A stretch of DNA of 39,380 nucleotides from positions 1 to 39,380 of the IMG/VR virus record IMGVR_UViG_3300045988_151958, one strand, 5' to 3'. The translations under genes and the position numbers were made by a program. The notes below the pieces were generated by a model. The model was not told the DNA's origin. It saw only the letters and a program-made list of their open reading frames with translations, and did no database searches. Of this stretch, positions 17,076-24,689 are shown piece by piece (positions within the stretch are counted from its first letter, which is position 1; every line of letters begins with the position of its first letter). Origin of the DNA: a virus.

Positions 17076-18252
17076 CGTGACACAAGGGGCGCCGAACGTC
17101 GCGGACATCCGCACACGGCTTGCCGAGAAGATTAGGGCCTCCGTGCCCGACGCCGATACTGGGCGCGATTCGGCGCTGGGGCAGCTGCTGGACATCGTAG
17201 CCGAAGAGGCTGCCCTGTCCTATGAGTATGCGGAGCGCGCCTACCTGCAAAGCAAGCTGGCCACGGCCAGTGGTGCGGCGCTGGATGACATTGCTTCTAT
17301 CGTGAATGTCCAGCGTCGACGTGGCACGAAGCCGCTCTACGCCGCATTTGTGGTTGGCACTCCGCCGGATGAGGTGAAGTTCCAGGGTGGCACAAAGGCG
17401 ACCATCGTGCGCCGCGTGTCCGGGCGATTCGCCTACCTTCGGTCGTCGATCCGATACCCTGGTGCCGCAACCAATGAGTCGTCGCTGATGTCCTCCTACG
17501 GACTGGTGGCGCGTGGCGACATCCTGATTCATCGTGATACGCAATTCAGCGCCCCGATGGCGCTGAATGCCATTGGCGCAACAGACCTTTCCTACGTGGA
17601 AATGGACGTAGAGCCGCAAAGCACGTCCGGCGAGAGCTGGCAGATCGTTGCTCCTGTGCCTGCCATGCGGTCCTCGGCCAACCTGGACGACGAAGACGAC
17701 GACTCGCTGCGTGCCCGGATTCGCCCGCAAACCCAGCTGATCGGCGGCACGATCGCGGCCATCGAGGCGGCGCTGACTGCCGAGGGCATGCCCGCCACGG
17801 TAAGCGAGTGGCTAGCGCCCGCACTGTCGCCACAGGGGCAGCCTCCGGGTACCATTACGATTGCCTTCCACGGGCCGGTGGACGCGGCCCGGGCCGCTTC
17901 TGCCATCAAGCGCGCTCGCCCCGCCGGCATCCCGACCTGGGCCCCGGAGGCTGGAGGATACCGGGACGCGGGCACGGGTGAGCAGTGGCTTGTATCCGCC
18001 ACGCGCGCCGTGAACATCGTGATTCAGGGGGTGTCGCTGGTGCCCGGCCAGACACGGAACAACGCCGCAGCCGAGGCCATCATCCGCCGAGAAGTCGTCA
18101 AGCCTGGTGTCATCTACGGCCAGAAGGTTGCAGCCATCATGGCGAACGAACTGCCGTGGTTGCTGGATTGCACGATCCTGCTGAACAACTCCGGCACGCT
18201 GCCGGCCGATGCTCGCACAACGGAAGTGGGGACGATCACATGGAGCAGCTGA
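17068..18252 (+). CDS. baseplate J-like protein
   Basis: 394 aa. The N-terminal LGQLLDIVAEEAALSYEYAERAYLQSKLATASGAALDDIASIV matches the Baseplate_J pattern. Confidence 0.7.
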   Translation: MFDVTQGAPNVADIRTRLAEKIRASVPDADTGRDSALGQLLDIVAEEAALSYEYAERAYLQSKLATASGAALDDIASIVNVQRRRGTKPLYAAFVVGTPPDEVKFQGGTKATIVRRVSGRFAYLRSSIRYPGAATNESSLMSSYGLVARGDILIHRDTQFSAPMALNAIGATDLSYVEMDVEPQSTSGESWQIVAPVPAMRSSANLDDEDDDSLRARIRPQTQLIGGTIAAIEAALTAEGMPATVSEWLAPALSPQGQPPGTITIAFHGPVDAARAASAIKRARPAGIPTWAPEAGGYRDAGTGEQWLVSATRAVNIVIQGVSLVPGQTRNNAAAEAIIRREVVKPGVIYGQKVAAIMANELPWLLDCTILLNNSGTLPADARTTEVGTITWSS

Positions 18253-18851
18253 CCTGGCTGCAGCAGAGTCTGCAGAAGCCGCGGCTCTCAGCCGTGGCCC
18301 GTGTCCTGGCCGAGGTGTTCCCTCGGCAGGGCGTGCCGCCCGTTGTGATTGGTGAGTCCAGTACGCCCCGCAGCACCTACAACCGCGCGTCGGGACTGAA
18401 TGCCGGATACCTGGAATACCCTGGCCACATCCTTCGGTACCGGGAATTCAGCGCCGGCGGGAACTACATTAGCTATGGATGGGCGCGCCCTTATACCGAC
18501 CACATCGGCATTCTGGGCGGGCAGGTCACGGTTTCGAACGATGGCTTCTTCGTCGGGGTGACGCAGTCCACAGACCGGCAGTCGCTGATCTTGATCAGTA
18601 ACAACAATGCGAGTTCTTTGTGGACCGTATACAAGCCGCTGAACCCCGTCCAAAACCAATGGTCCGATCTTACCGTCAACTTCGCGTCACTGGTTCCGTC
18701 ACCGTCGGGCCTGCTGACAGATTCCAATGGCGGTCCGCTGCTCGATTCCGATGGTACAATCCTGCTGACCGACGCACTGACATTTGAGGAACCGCTCTCG
18801 CGCGGGTTCGACTCAATCCAGTGGCTGACCGAATCCGAAGTGAGGCGCTGA
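18240..18851 (+). CDS. baseplate / tail-fibre adaptor protein (putative)
   Basis: 203 aa from the ATG at 18240, overlapping the J-like stop. Assigned by position, as for Mu gp48 or P2 gpI. Confidence 0.35.
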   Translation: MEQLTWLQQSLQKPRLSAVARVLAEVFPRQGVPPVVIGESSTPRSTYNRASGLNAGYLEYPGHILRYREFSAGGNYISYGWARPYTDHIGILGGQVTVSNDGFFVGVTQSTDRQSLILISNNNASSLWTVYKPLNPVQNQWSDLTVNFASLVPSPSGLLTDSNGGPLLDSDGTILLTDALTFEEPLSRGFDSIQWLTESEVRR

Positions 18852-19324
18852 TGAAGCATTTTTCCCCCACCGATGAATCGCTGAACCCAGCGAACAGTCA
18901 ATACAACAACATGCGGCAGCCGCCGGAGAGTCTGATGGCAACCGGCTTCCTGGGGGCTCGCCCGGGACGCATCGGGTCCCCCGTGGCCGCCGAGTGGTTC
19001 AACTGGCTGTTCTCGCAGCTGACACTGGCGGCCCCGTTCTTCTTTGAGAAGCCGGCGTCGGGCACGGTCGTCATCCCCAACCTGTTCCGCTACCGCGCGA
19101 ACGGCGTGCAGTCGATCAAGGCCTTCGAGGTCCGCGGCTTCGCCGACGACGGCAGCCTGTCGAACCGGAAGCTGGTGGCCGTTCCGAGCTACGTTCCCGG
19201 CAGCGCCGTGACACCCATCAACGGCGTGACCGTGACCAGCAGCATCATCACCATCAACGTGAACACGACGTGCGGCAGCGCGTCGAAGTACGTGACCATT
19301 CAACCCATGACGGAGCATCCGTAA
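18851..19324 (+). CDS. tail fibre protein, proximal part
   Basis: 157 aa from the ATG at 18851. GARPGRIGSPVAAEWFNWLF resembles the conserved tail-fibre N-terminal motif (..P..xxFNW..). Confidence 0.55.
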   Translation: MKHFSPTDESLNPANSQYNNMRQPPESLMATGFLGARPGRIGSPVAAEWFNWLFSQLTLAAPFFFEKPASGTVVIPNLFRYRANGVQSIKAFEVRGFADDGSLSNRKLVAVPSYVPGSAVTPINGVTVTSSIITINVNTTCGSASKYVTIQPMTEHP

Positions 19325-20044
19325 ATGGCACTGACTTCTACCGAAGAGAACCAGCTGCGCGAGCTGCTGCGGCGCATGAATGCCACACAAACCGGGAAGA
19401 CCGTCGATCAGCTGCGACGCATTGAGTCCGGGAGTGGCGTCACGGACGTTGTGATCAGAATGACTGGAGGCGGCCTGGCGCGTGCGTCGCAAGGTGCGCT
19501 GATTGACAGCTTGCTTGACAATAGCGTGCCGTCAAACGGAGTCCGTAGAACAACGGCCGATCAGACCGTCAACCACCTGATGACCCGTGACGCCACGCGG
19601 TCCGAAATCGACCGCCTGACGCGCACCGATATTGACGCAGCCGCCCAACTGGGGCGTACTGCCCAGGCGTCGGCCAATGCCAACACGACGGCTATCAATG
19701 GGTTGCGGTCTGATCACGGCGGCCGAATTACTGGGCTTGAGAACTGGCGCACCAGCGTCGTGACGCCTCAGCTTGCAAACCGACTCAGCGTGGCGGGCAG
19801 TGTGTACGCATCCAACCCGATCATGCAGGTCGGTTCGATGAACCCGGTGGGCATCGATATTGCCAACCGGACACACCGCTTCCCCGTGCCGATGGCCCGT
19901 GACCCAATCATCCTCTTCTCGCTCCAGGGTGATGTGAACTACCCGCGCTACGAGTTCCTGATCGAGGCAGGGCGTGTGGTCGGCTTCGTGCTGTTCCATT
20001 CCCCAACAGGCGGGCGCTGGATGGCGGTTGGCACTCAGGCCTGA
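19325..20044 (+). CDS. tail fibre protein, distal / receptor-binding part (putative)
   Basis: 239 aa, immediately after the fibre N-terminal gene. The N-terminus is coiled-coil-like. Confidence 0.45.
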   Translation: MALTSTEENQLRELLRRMNATQTGKTVDQLRRIESGSGVTDVVIRMTGGGLARASQGALIDSLLDNSVPSNGVRRTTADQTVNHLMTRDATRSEIDRLTRTDIDAAAQLGRTAQASANANTTAINGLRSDHGGRITGLENWRTSVVTPQLANRLSVAGSVYASNPIMQVGSMNPVGIDIANRTHRFPVPMARDPIILFSLQGDVNYPRYEFLIEAGRVVGFVLFHSPTGGRWMAVGTQA

Positions 20045-20055
20045 TACAGGTGGTG

Positions 20056-20064
20056 TGCTAGAAT
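20056..20064 (+). promoter_or_regulatory. extended -10 element TGcTAGAAT upstream of the lysis cassette
   Basis: TGCTAGAAT lies 12 nt after the fibre stop. Confidence 0.3.
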
Positions 20065-20069
20065 CAATC

Positions 20070-20098
20070 GGGCCGGGACCTCCGGCCCGTGTCGTTTT
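20070..20098 (+). terminator. hairpin / terminator after the tail fibre genes
   Basis: GGGCCGG-GACCT-CCGGCCC followed by GTGTCGTTTTCG. Confidence 0.5.
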
Positions 20099-20112
20099 CG
20101 AGACAGATTCAG

Positions 20113-20394
20113 ATGGACCTCAACGATTTCCAGCGCCTGGCCACGATCATCACCCCCATCGCCCTTGCGTGGGTGGCTGCCATTCAGGCGCGCATCACAA
20201 AGCAATCCGACCAGCTGACTGATCTCGAGCGCCGTGTCATGCAGGCCCGTGTGGAGGCCCAGAAGGACACGGTCAGCCGCAGTGAGATTGAGCGTCTGTC
20301 GGCCCAGGTTGGGCAGCTGCTCGCCATGATGCGCCAGCAGACGGGGCAGCTCTCCCGCCTCGAGGACCGCATCGAGGGGAGCCGCCGTGGCTGA
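20113..20394 (+). CDS. membrane-anchored coiled-coil protein, possible holin or lysis regulator
   Basis: 93 aa from the ATG at 20113 (alternative GTG at 20089). It has a single N-terminal hydrophobic segment (ATIITPIALAWVAAI) followed by a coiled coil. Confidence 0.35.
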   Translation: MDLNDFQRLATIITPIALAWVAAIQARITKQSDQLTDLERRVMQARVEAQKDTVSRSEIERLSAQVGQLLAMMRQQTGQLSRLEDRIEGSRRG

Positions 20395-20800
20395 GCCGAA
20401 TGCCCGTGACCTGGAGCGACTGAAGGGCGTGGACACGCTACTGGCGGCAGTCACGCTGGCGGTCATCAAGCGCCACCCGGTGGAATGCCACGTGTCCGAA
20501 GGTCTGCGGACCAAGGAGCGGCAACGCGAGCTGGTGGCTGCCGGCAAGTCGAAGACGCTCGACAGCAAGCACCTGACTGGTCATGCGGTCGATCTGATCG
20601 TGATGCCAGGCGGCAAGCCGGACTGGAGTCCGAAGGTCTACACGGAACTGGCCCGGACCTTCGCACAGGTGGCTCTGGAGTTTGGTCTGCCGGTCCGCTG
20701 GGGCGGGTCCTGGAGGTGGATCAGTGGCCCGAAGTGCAGCGACTACCCGTTCCTGGCTGCCAAGTTCTTCGATGGACCTCACTTTGAGACGGAGCGATGA
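20387..20800 (+). CDS. endolysin, L-alanyl-D-glutamate peptidase (Peptidase_M15 / VanY-like)
   Basis: 137 aa. SEGLRTKERQRELVAAGKSKTLDSKHLTGHAVDL carries the H..D and later H zinc-ligand pattern of M15 peptidases. Confidence 0.8.
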   Translation: MAEPNARDLERLKGVDTLLAAVTLAVIKRHPVECHVSEGLRTKERQRELVAAGKSKTLDSKHLTGHAVDLIVMPGGKPDWSPKVYTELARTFAQVALEFGLPVRWGGSWRWISGPKCSDYPFLAAKFFDGPHFETER

Positions 20801-21063
20801 AACTGCTGATCGATGACTGGAAACGGGCATGGCGACTGCTGAGCGTGCAGGTGGCCGCCGTGCTGGTGGCGCTGGAACTGGCAGGTGACTACCTGCCTGA
20901 GATCAAGGAGTATCTGGGGGATGATTACGCCAAGTGGCTGGGCCTTGCTGTTATCGTCGCTCGCGTCGTCCGTCAGACGCCTACCCGTGTGGATGCTGAC
21001 GCACGGTCTGGCGGCCCTGGCCGGGATGTGGCTGCTGCATCAGTGGCACGAGGCGAGGAGTGA
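20797..21063 (+). CDS. holin (putative, two hydrophobic segments)
   Basis: 88 aa. Hydrophobic segments LLSVQVAAVLVALELAG and WLGLAVIVARVV. ATGA overlap with the endolysin. Confidence 0.5.
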   Translation: MKLLIDDWKRAWRLLSVQVAAVLVALELAGDYLPEIKEYLGDDYAKWLGLAVIVARVVRQTPTRVDADARSGGPGRDVAAASVARGEE

Positions 21064-21376
21064 TGCCCAGCATGTGCGAGCCCTCGAGCAGATTCGCCTC
21101 GCCGAACAGGCCGGCATCAGGCGCGCCCAATCGATCGACCGGAAGTACCAGGCTGAGCTGCGCCGTCTGCGGGCTGCTGCTGGCAAGCACACTGGCAGCC
21201 TGCGCGACCGCAACACCAGTGGCACCGGTCACACCATCGGCGCTCCAGGAGGCCCCGCCGGTTGGCGACTTTCGGATGAGGCTGGAGCATTTCTTCGATC
21301 CGAAGCCGACCGGGCCGACGAGCTGAAGGCCTGGGCCGATGCCTGCTGGGCCTACGTGCAGCAGACTCAGAAATGA
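20993..21376 (+). CDS. i-spanin (Rz-like)
   Basis: 127 aa from the ATG at 20993 (alternative start at 20921). N-terminal TM segment MLTHGLAALAGMWLL followed by a charged coiled coil. Confidence 0.55.
   Translation: MLTHGLAALAGMWLLHQWHEARSDAQHVRALEQIRLAEQAGIRRAQSIDRKYQAELRRLRAAAGKHTGSLRDRNTSGTGHTIGAPGGPAGWRLSDEAGAFLRSEADRADELKAWADACWAYVQQTQK
21060..21326 (+). CDS. o-spanin (Rz1-like lipoprotein) embedded in the +1 frame of the i-spanin gene
   Basis: Lipobox LLLASTLAAC followed by a Pro-rich mature part (ATATPVAPVTPSALQEAPPVG). Lies entirely inside 20993..21376. The true start is uncertain. Confidence 0.5.
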   Translation: MMPSMCEPSSRFASPNRPASGAPNRSTGSTRLSCAVCGLLLASTLAACATATPVAPVTPSALQEAPPVGDFRMRLEHFFDPKPTGPTS

Positions 21377-21377
21377 G

Positions 21378-21404
21378 AAAGGGGCTGAAAGGCCCCTTTT
21401 GCTT
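21378..21404. terminator. bidirectional terminator between the convergent arms
   Basis: AAAGGGGC-TGAAAG-GCCCCTTT followed by a further T and GCTTT on the + strand, with a T-rich flank on the - strand. Confidence 0.75.
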
Positions 21405-21419
21405 TACCGCCGATCCGGA

Positions 21420-21818
21420 TCAGTCACACTTCTGGCTGACCAGCTCGAACAGTCCCCGACCCAAGCGCCGTGTGCTGGGCACGGAGGCGTGGCGCATGGC
21501 CCGGGCCAGCTCCCGGGCTTCGTAGCAGGCCACCGGGTCGCCGGCGGTCACGGCGGCTTCCGTGTCAGTGATCTCCTTGGTGGCTTCGTAGCGGGTCACG
21601 CCGCCCAGCAGGCCGAGGTCAGTGACCGTCAGGAACTTGAACACCCACTGTGCCCGCACAGAGAGCCCGTAGGGCTTGCAGTCCGGCCCCAGGTAGTTGC
21701 ACCAGTTGGCGGCCACAGCGCCCCGGTAGGCGGCCTCGGTGGCGTGGACGTATGCGGCCTGAAGCAGGGTGGCAGCAGCGATGAAGAAGTAGGCGACGAA
21801 GACGAGGACGCGTCTCAT
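21420..21818 (-). CDS. secreted protein, hypothetical
   Basis: 132 aa from the ATG at 21818 (GGAG RBS). Signal-peptide-like MRRVLVFVAYFFIAAATLLQAAYVHA. Five Cys residues. Confidence 0.6.
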   Translation of the reverse strand: MRRVLVFVAYFFIAAATLLQAAYVHATEAAYRGAVAANWCNYLGPDCKPYGLSVRAQWVFKFLTVTDLGLLGGVTRYEATKEITDTEAAVTAGDPVACYEARELARAMRHASVPSTRRLGRGLFELVSQKCD

Positions 21819-21822
21819 GGGG

Positions 21823-22254
21823 TCACTCCGCGGCAGTGATGTCAACGACGAATTTGCCGCCCCGGAACCGTGCGCGGCACAAGGCGTTGCCAAGGGGCTC
21901 AGCGTATTCGAAGCAACCCTCTGCACCAATCTCGCCAGCCCGTTGGGCAAGCGCCTCGATGCCGATCAGGTTCTGCTGGTGCGGCAGAATCTTGTGGACG
22001 GCAATGGTCTCGCCGGACTCATCGGCCACGCCGACGACGTAGGGGCCAACCTGGAGCCAGCCGGGGATGAACTCGCCGTCATCGATCTCGGCTGCCAGCG
22101 CGTCGTAGGCACTTTCGCGGAGCGCCGGCCGTGCGATGGCTTGCAGTGCATTCCAGACACGGGTTTCGCGGCGCGTGCGGGCGTCGGCTCGCTCGTCCGA
22201 GGCTTGCATGCGTTCTTCTTCGGCCCGGAAGCCGTAGGTGGTGGTGGTCATCAT
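21823..22254 (-). CDS. hypothetical protein
   Basis: 143 aa with an AAGGAG RBS. Confidence 0.55.
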   Translation of the reverse strand: MMTTTTYGFRAEEERMQASDERADARTRRETRVWNALQAIARPALRESAYDALAAEIDDGEFIPGWLQVGPYVVGVADESGETIAVHKILPHQQNLIGIEALAQRAGEIGAEGCFEYAEPLGNALCRARFRGGKFVVDITAAE

Positions 22255-22315
22255 GGTTTACTCCTTGGATTGAGCCCGGCGTGATTGCCGGGCACTGCGT
22301 GGATGGTGGCCGAGG

Positions 22316-22648
22316 TCAGATGTCGATGTCAAGCGGCTCATTCAAACCGAGGGGGCACGCCACGGCGAACCATTCCCGGGGTGCGAGCGTGACAGGACCA
22401 GTGCCGCGGTTCAGGATGGCCACCTTGACCTCCTGGCCGGCCGTGAGGGCCGTGGTCAGCAGGACGCACATGCCGAACTTCTCTGCACCCCTCTGGAAGG
22501 ATATGGCCAGCGGCTCGTAGGTATAGAGGCCGGTGTGGATGATCTGCACCTGGCCGGGCTGGATCGTGACGGTCTCGGCGGATGCCAGCAGGAGGTGATT
22601 GGTTTCCATCCACTCGTATCGAGCATCGGGGACAAGCTTCTCAAACAT
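22316..22648 (-). CDS. dUTPase / dCTP-deaminase-fold protein (short)
   Basis: 110 aa from the ATG at 22648 (AAGGAG RBS). VKVAILNRGTGPVTLAPREWFA resembles the dUTPase motif III region. Confidence 0.45.
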   Translation of the reverse strand: MFEKLVPDARYEWMETNHLLLASAETVTIQPGQVQIIHTGLYTYEPLAISFQRGAEKFGMCVLLTTALTAGQEVKVAILNRGTGPVTLAPREWFAVACPLGLNEPLDIDI

Positions 22649-22665
22649 GGTTGCATACTCCTTGG

Positions 22666-22685
22666 AAAAGCCTCCGGGCGGAGGC
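22666..22685 (-). terminator. weak hairpin / attenuator
   Basis: On the - strand, GCCTCC-GCCC-GGAGGC followed by TTTTCC. Confidence 0.3.
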
Positions 22686-22694
22686 GGGTTGCGT

Positions 22695-22940
22695 TCAGTC
22701 GTCCAGTTCGCACTCGAAGATGACGGGCAGGACGATGCCCAGGAACTTGTGTGCCCGCAGGATGGCTTCGGCTTGCAGCCGGGCATCCAGGTTGCGGGGG
22801 TTGACAGCCACACCGCCGAGGCGGAACTGGGCGACAGCCTTGCGGCGGCCTTTGAAGTCACAGGCGTACAGGACACCGTGGTTATCAATCAGGGCAGACA
22901 GGGCATTGGAGGCGTGGGCGCGGATCAGGTGACGGTTCAT
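22695..22940 (-). CDS. hypothetical protein
   Basis: 81 aa with a GGAG RBS, downstream of the promoter at 22991. Confidence 0.55.
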   Translation of the reverse strand: MNRHLIRAHASNALSALIDNHGVLYACDFKGRRKAVAQFRLGGVAVNPRNLDARLQAEAILRAHKFLGIVLPVIFECELDD

Positions 22941-22990
22941 GGTGCTACTCCTTTCATATTTGCCGCATTGCGGCGGTGTCGATGGGGTGA

Positions 22991-23019
22991 ACTATACGCT
23001 CACCCCATCCCGGGGTCAA
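22991..23019 (-). promoter_or_regulatory. sigma70-type promoter, TTGACC-17-TATAGT
   Basis: The reverse complement reads TTGACC (23019-23014), a 17-nt spacer, then TATAGT (22996-22991). It is intergenic. Confidence 0.65.
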
Positions 23020-23033
23020 CTGCCGTTCGTCGG

Positions 23034-23849
23034 TCAGATCGTCTTCAGCAGGTGCTTGCGTTTCTCACGCACCAGGAAGCGGGATTGGGACCAGCCGCCG
23101 CAGTCGGAGCAGCGGTACCGCTGGTAGCGGCCAGCCACAGTGGTGGTGAAGCCGCGGGGAACTACGTTGGCAGAGCCGCAGCGCGGGCAGTGGTGAACTT
23201 CCTCTTCCCGACCTTCGGACTGCGGCACCAGCCCGGCAAACTGCGGGCCACGCGCCCAGGGCAGGACACGGTTCAGCAGCTCGCACATGGCTTCCACGTC
23301 CATGTTGTTATAGAGCCGCATTTCCCGTTCGGCAGCCGGGTTGCGGTTCAGCCACTCGATCCAGAGCTGAAGCCCCGGGAACTTGCTGTGTGACCGCTTG
23401 GACCGTGCCTGATCCTTTGTCAGCCACGCCAGTTTGTACGAGGCCTGTCCGCCGATCTGGCGAGCCATCAGCATCGTGTCCAGAATCTTGGGCTTGGGCA
23501 GGGGCTTCAGGCCGCGGCGGTAGAAGGCTCCGTTGATCATCGGCCAGTCGAAGCGGGCGCCGTTGTGAGCGACCACGTGGGTGGCGTCCTTCAGAATCTC
23601 CCACAGGAGCGTGACCAGCTGTTTGTCGTCCCGCTGGTTGGCCTGCTCGAAGGTGGACATGTACTTGGCCTTCTTGACCTTGCCGTACTCCCACTCGGCC
23701 CAGCTGAATGAGATCAGGGTGGATTCCTGCTGGATGTGGTCGATGGTCAGGACCTGCTTGCCGGTGCGCCAGACGTAGGCGATACACGGGGCGGTCTCGA
23801 TGTCAAGGGCGATGACCTTCGGGCCATCATGGGGTTTGCGTTGTTTCAC
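23034..23849 (-). CDS. DnaQ/RNase-H-fold 3'-5' exonuclease with a C-terminal zinc ribbon
   Basis: 271 aa. Exo I VIALDIETAP, Exo II VVAHNGARFDWPM, and C-terminal CPRCGS...CSDCGG. Confidence 0.65.
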   Translation of the reverse strand: MKQRKPHDGPKVIALDIETAPCIAYVWRTGKQVLTIDHIQQESTLISFSWAEWEYGKVKKAKYMSTFEQANQRDDKQLVTLLWEILKDATHVVAHNGARFDWPMINGAFYRRGLKPLPKPKILDTMLMARQIGGQASYKLAWLTKDQARSKRSHSKFPGLQLWIEWLNRNPAAEREMRLYNNMDVEAMCELLNRVLPWARGPQFAGLVPQSEGREEEVHHCPRCGSANVVPRGFTTTVAGRYQRYRCSDCGGWSQSRFLVREKRKHLLKTI

Positions 23850-24385
23850 TTGGCGTTGTCCAGAATGGAGGCTGCGAGCTGGGACATCTTCTCGATGCCC
23901 CGATCGTTGCGGAAGATGATATCGCCTTTCATGCGGGTGATACCAGCCTCGGACGCATGAGCGGGCACGGCCAGCATATTGGCGGTCGGCTTGCGCACCA
24001 CATGGACGACGATGCCGCCAAGCTCACGGATCAGCTCGGCCTCATTGTCAAACCGGACATCGGGTACACACACCGTGTGGACGGAGTCATCCAGCTCATG
24101 CCGCCAGACACGCAGCCACAGGTCAGGCAGCAGGGACCGACCCCACTCCGTGCCCAGGGTCTGCATCATGACTCGAGGGGTGATGCGGCCGTCCAGGAAG
24201 GGCACAGGGGCATTCTTGGACAGGTCTGATACATCCACCCCGATGGAGGCCAGCATGCGCTTCAGCGGCCCGGCAAAGGGCCGCTCGGCGTACTTCTGGC
24301 CGCGGAACTCGATGAGCCGGCGGAACTCGCCCGCCAGAGTGGACTTGCCCGATTGTGCCGGGCCGGCGATACCGATGAGGATCAT
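23846..24385 (-). CDS. deoxynucleoside monophosphate kinase
   Basis: 179 aa from the ATG at 24385. P-loop GIAGPAQSGKST, plus GTEWGR and PDVRFDNEAELIRELGG motifs. Confidence 0.7.
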   Translation of the reverse strand: MILIGIAGPAQSGKSTLAGEFRRLIEFRGQKYAERPFAGPLKRMLASIGVDVSDLSKNAPVPFLDGRITPRVMMQTLGTEWGRSLLPDLWLRVWRHELDDSVHTVCVPDVRFDNEAELIRELGGIVVHVVRKPTANMLAVPAHASEAGITRMKGDIIFRNDRGIEKMSQLAASILDNAK

Positions 24386-24392
24386 GGAACTA

Positions 24393-24518
24393 TCACTCCT
24401 GTGAATGTTTGATGGCTTGCTCGAAGCGCTTGATGATCGAGCGCGCATGAAGCTCCATCAGGCCGAATACGACCAGGATGAAGCCGAAGAAGCCGAGGAT
24501 GAAGAGAAGCGGGTGCAT
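24393..24518 (-). CDS. 41-aa single-pass membrane protein (below the ORF-track cutoff)
   Basis: MHPLLFILGFFGFILVVFGLMELHARSIIKRFEQAIKHSQE, with a GGAGG RBS 8 nt upstream. Confidence 0.5.
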   Translation of the reverse strand: MHPLLFILGFFGFILVVFGLMELHARSIIKRFEQAIKHSQE

Positions 24519-24660
24519 ATGAATGCCTCCAGAAGGCTCCAGAGCGGCCGTAGCGCGTTTCTGGCTTGCGGCCAGGGTGATTGCCTTGCCAAGGGTTAAA
24601 AACGTCGCCACGGGCTTTCTGGCAAGTCCAAGCCGCTTTCGCCGCAAGGTGTTGAAGCGA

Positions 24661-24689
24661 ATGATGAGCGATCGCGACCACGCCGTCAA
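24661..24689 (-). promoter_or_regulatory. candidate promoter, TTGACG-17-CATCAT
   Basis: The -35 contains the stop codon of 24686..25459. It is preceded by a CGACGAGCGGC motif at the same spacing as at 23019 and 36104. Confidence 0.4.

Noticed and set aside
22599-23393. + strand ORFs in the leftward arm (22599..23393, 25914..26612, 27630..28331, 30652..31599, 35316..36134, 35992..36540)
   Set aside because: Each lies antisense to a minus-strand gene with recognisable motifs or a signal peptide and RBS. Their composition is low-complexity Arg/Gly/Ala.
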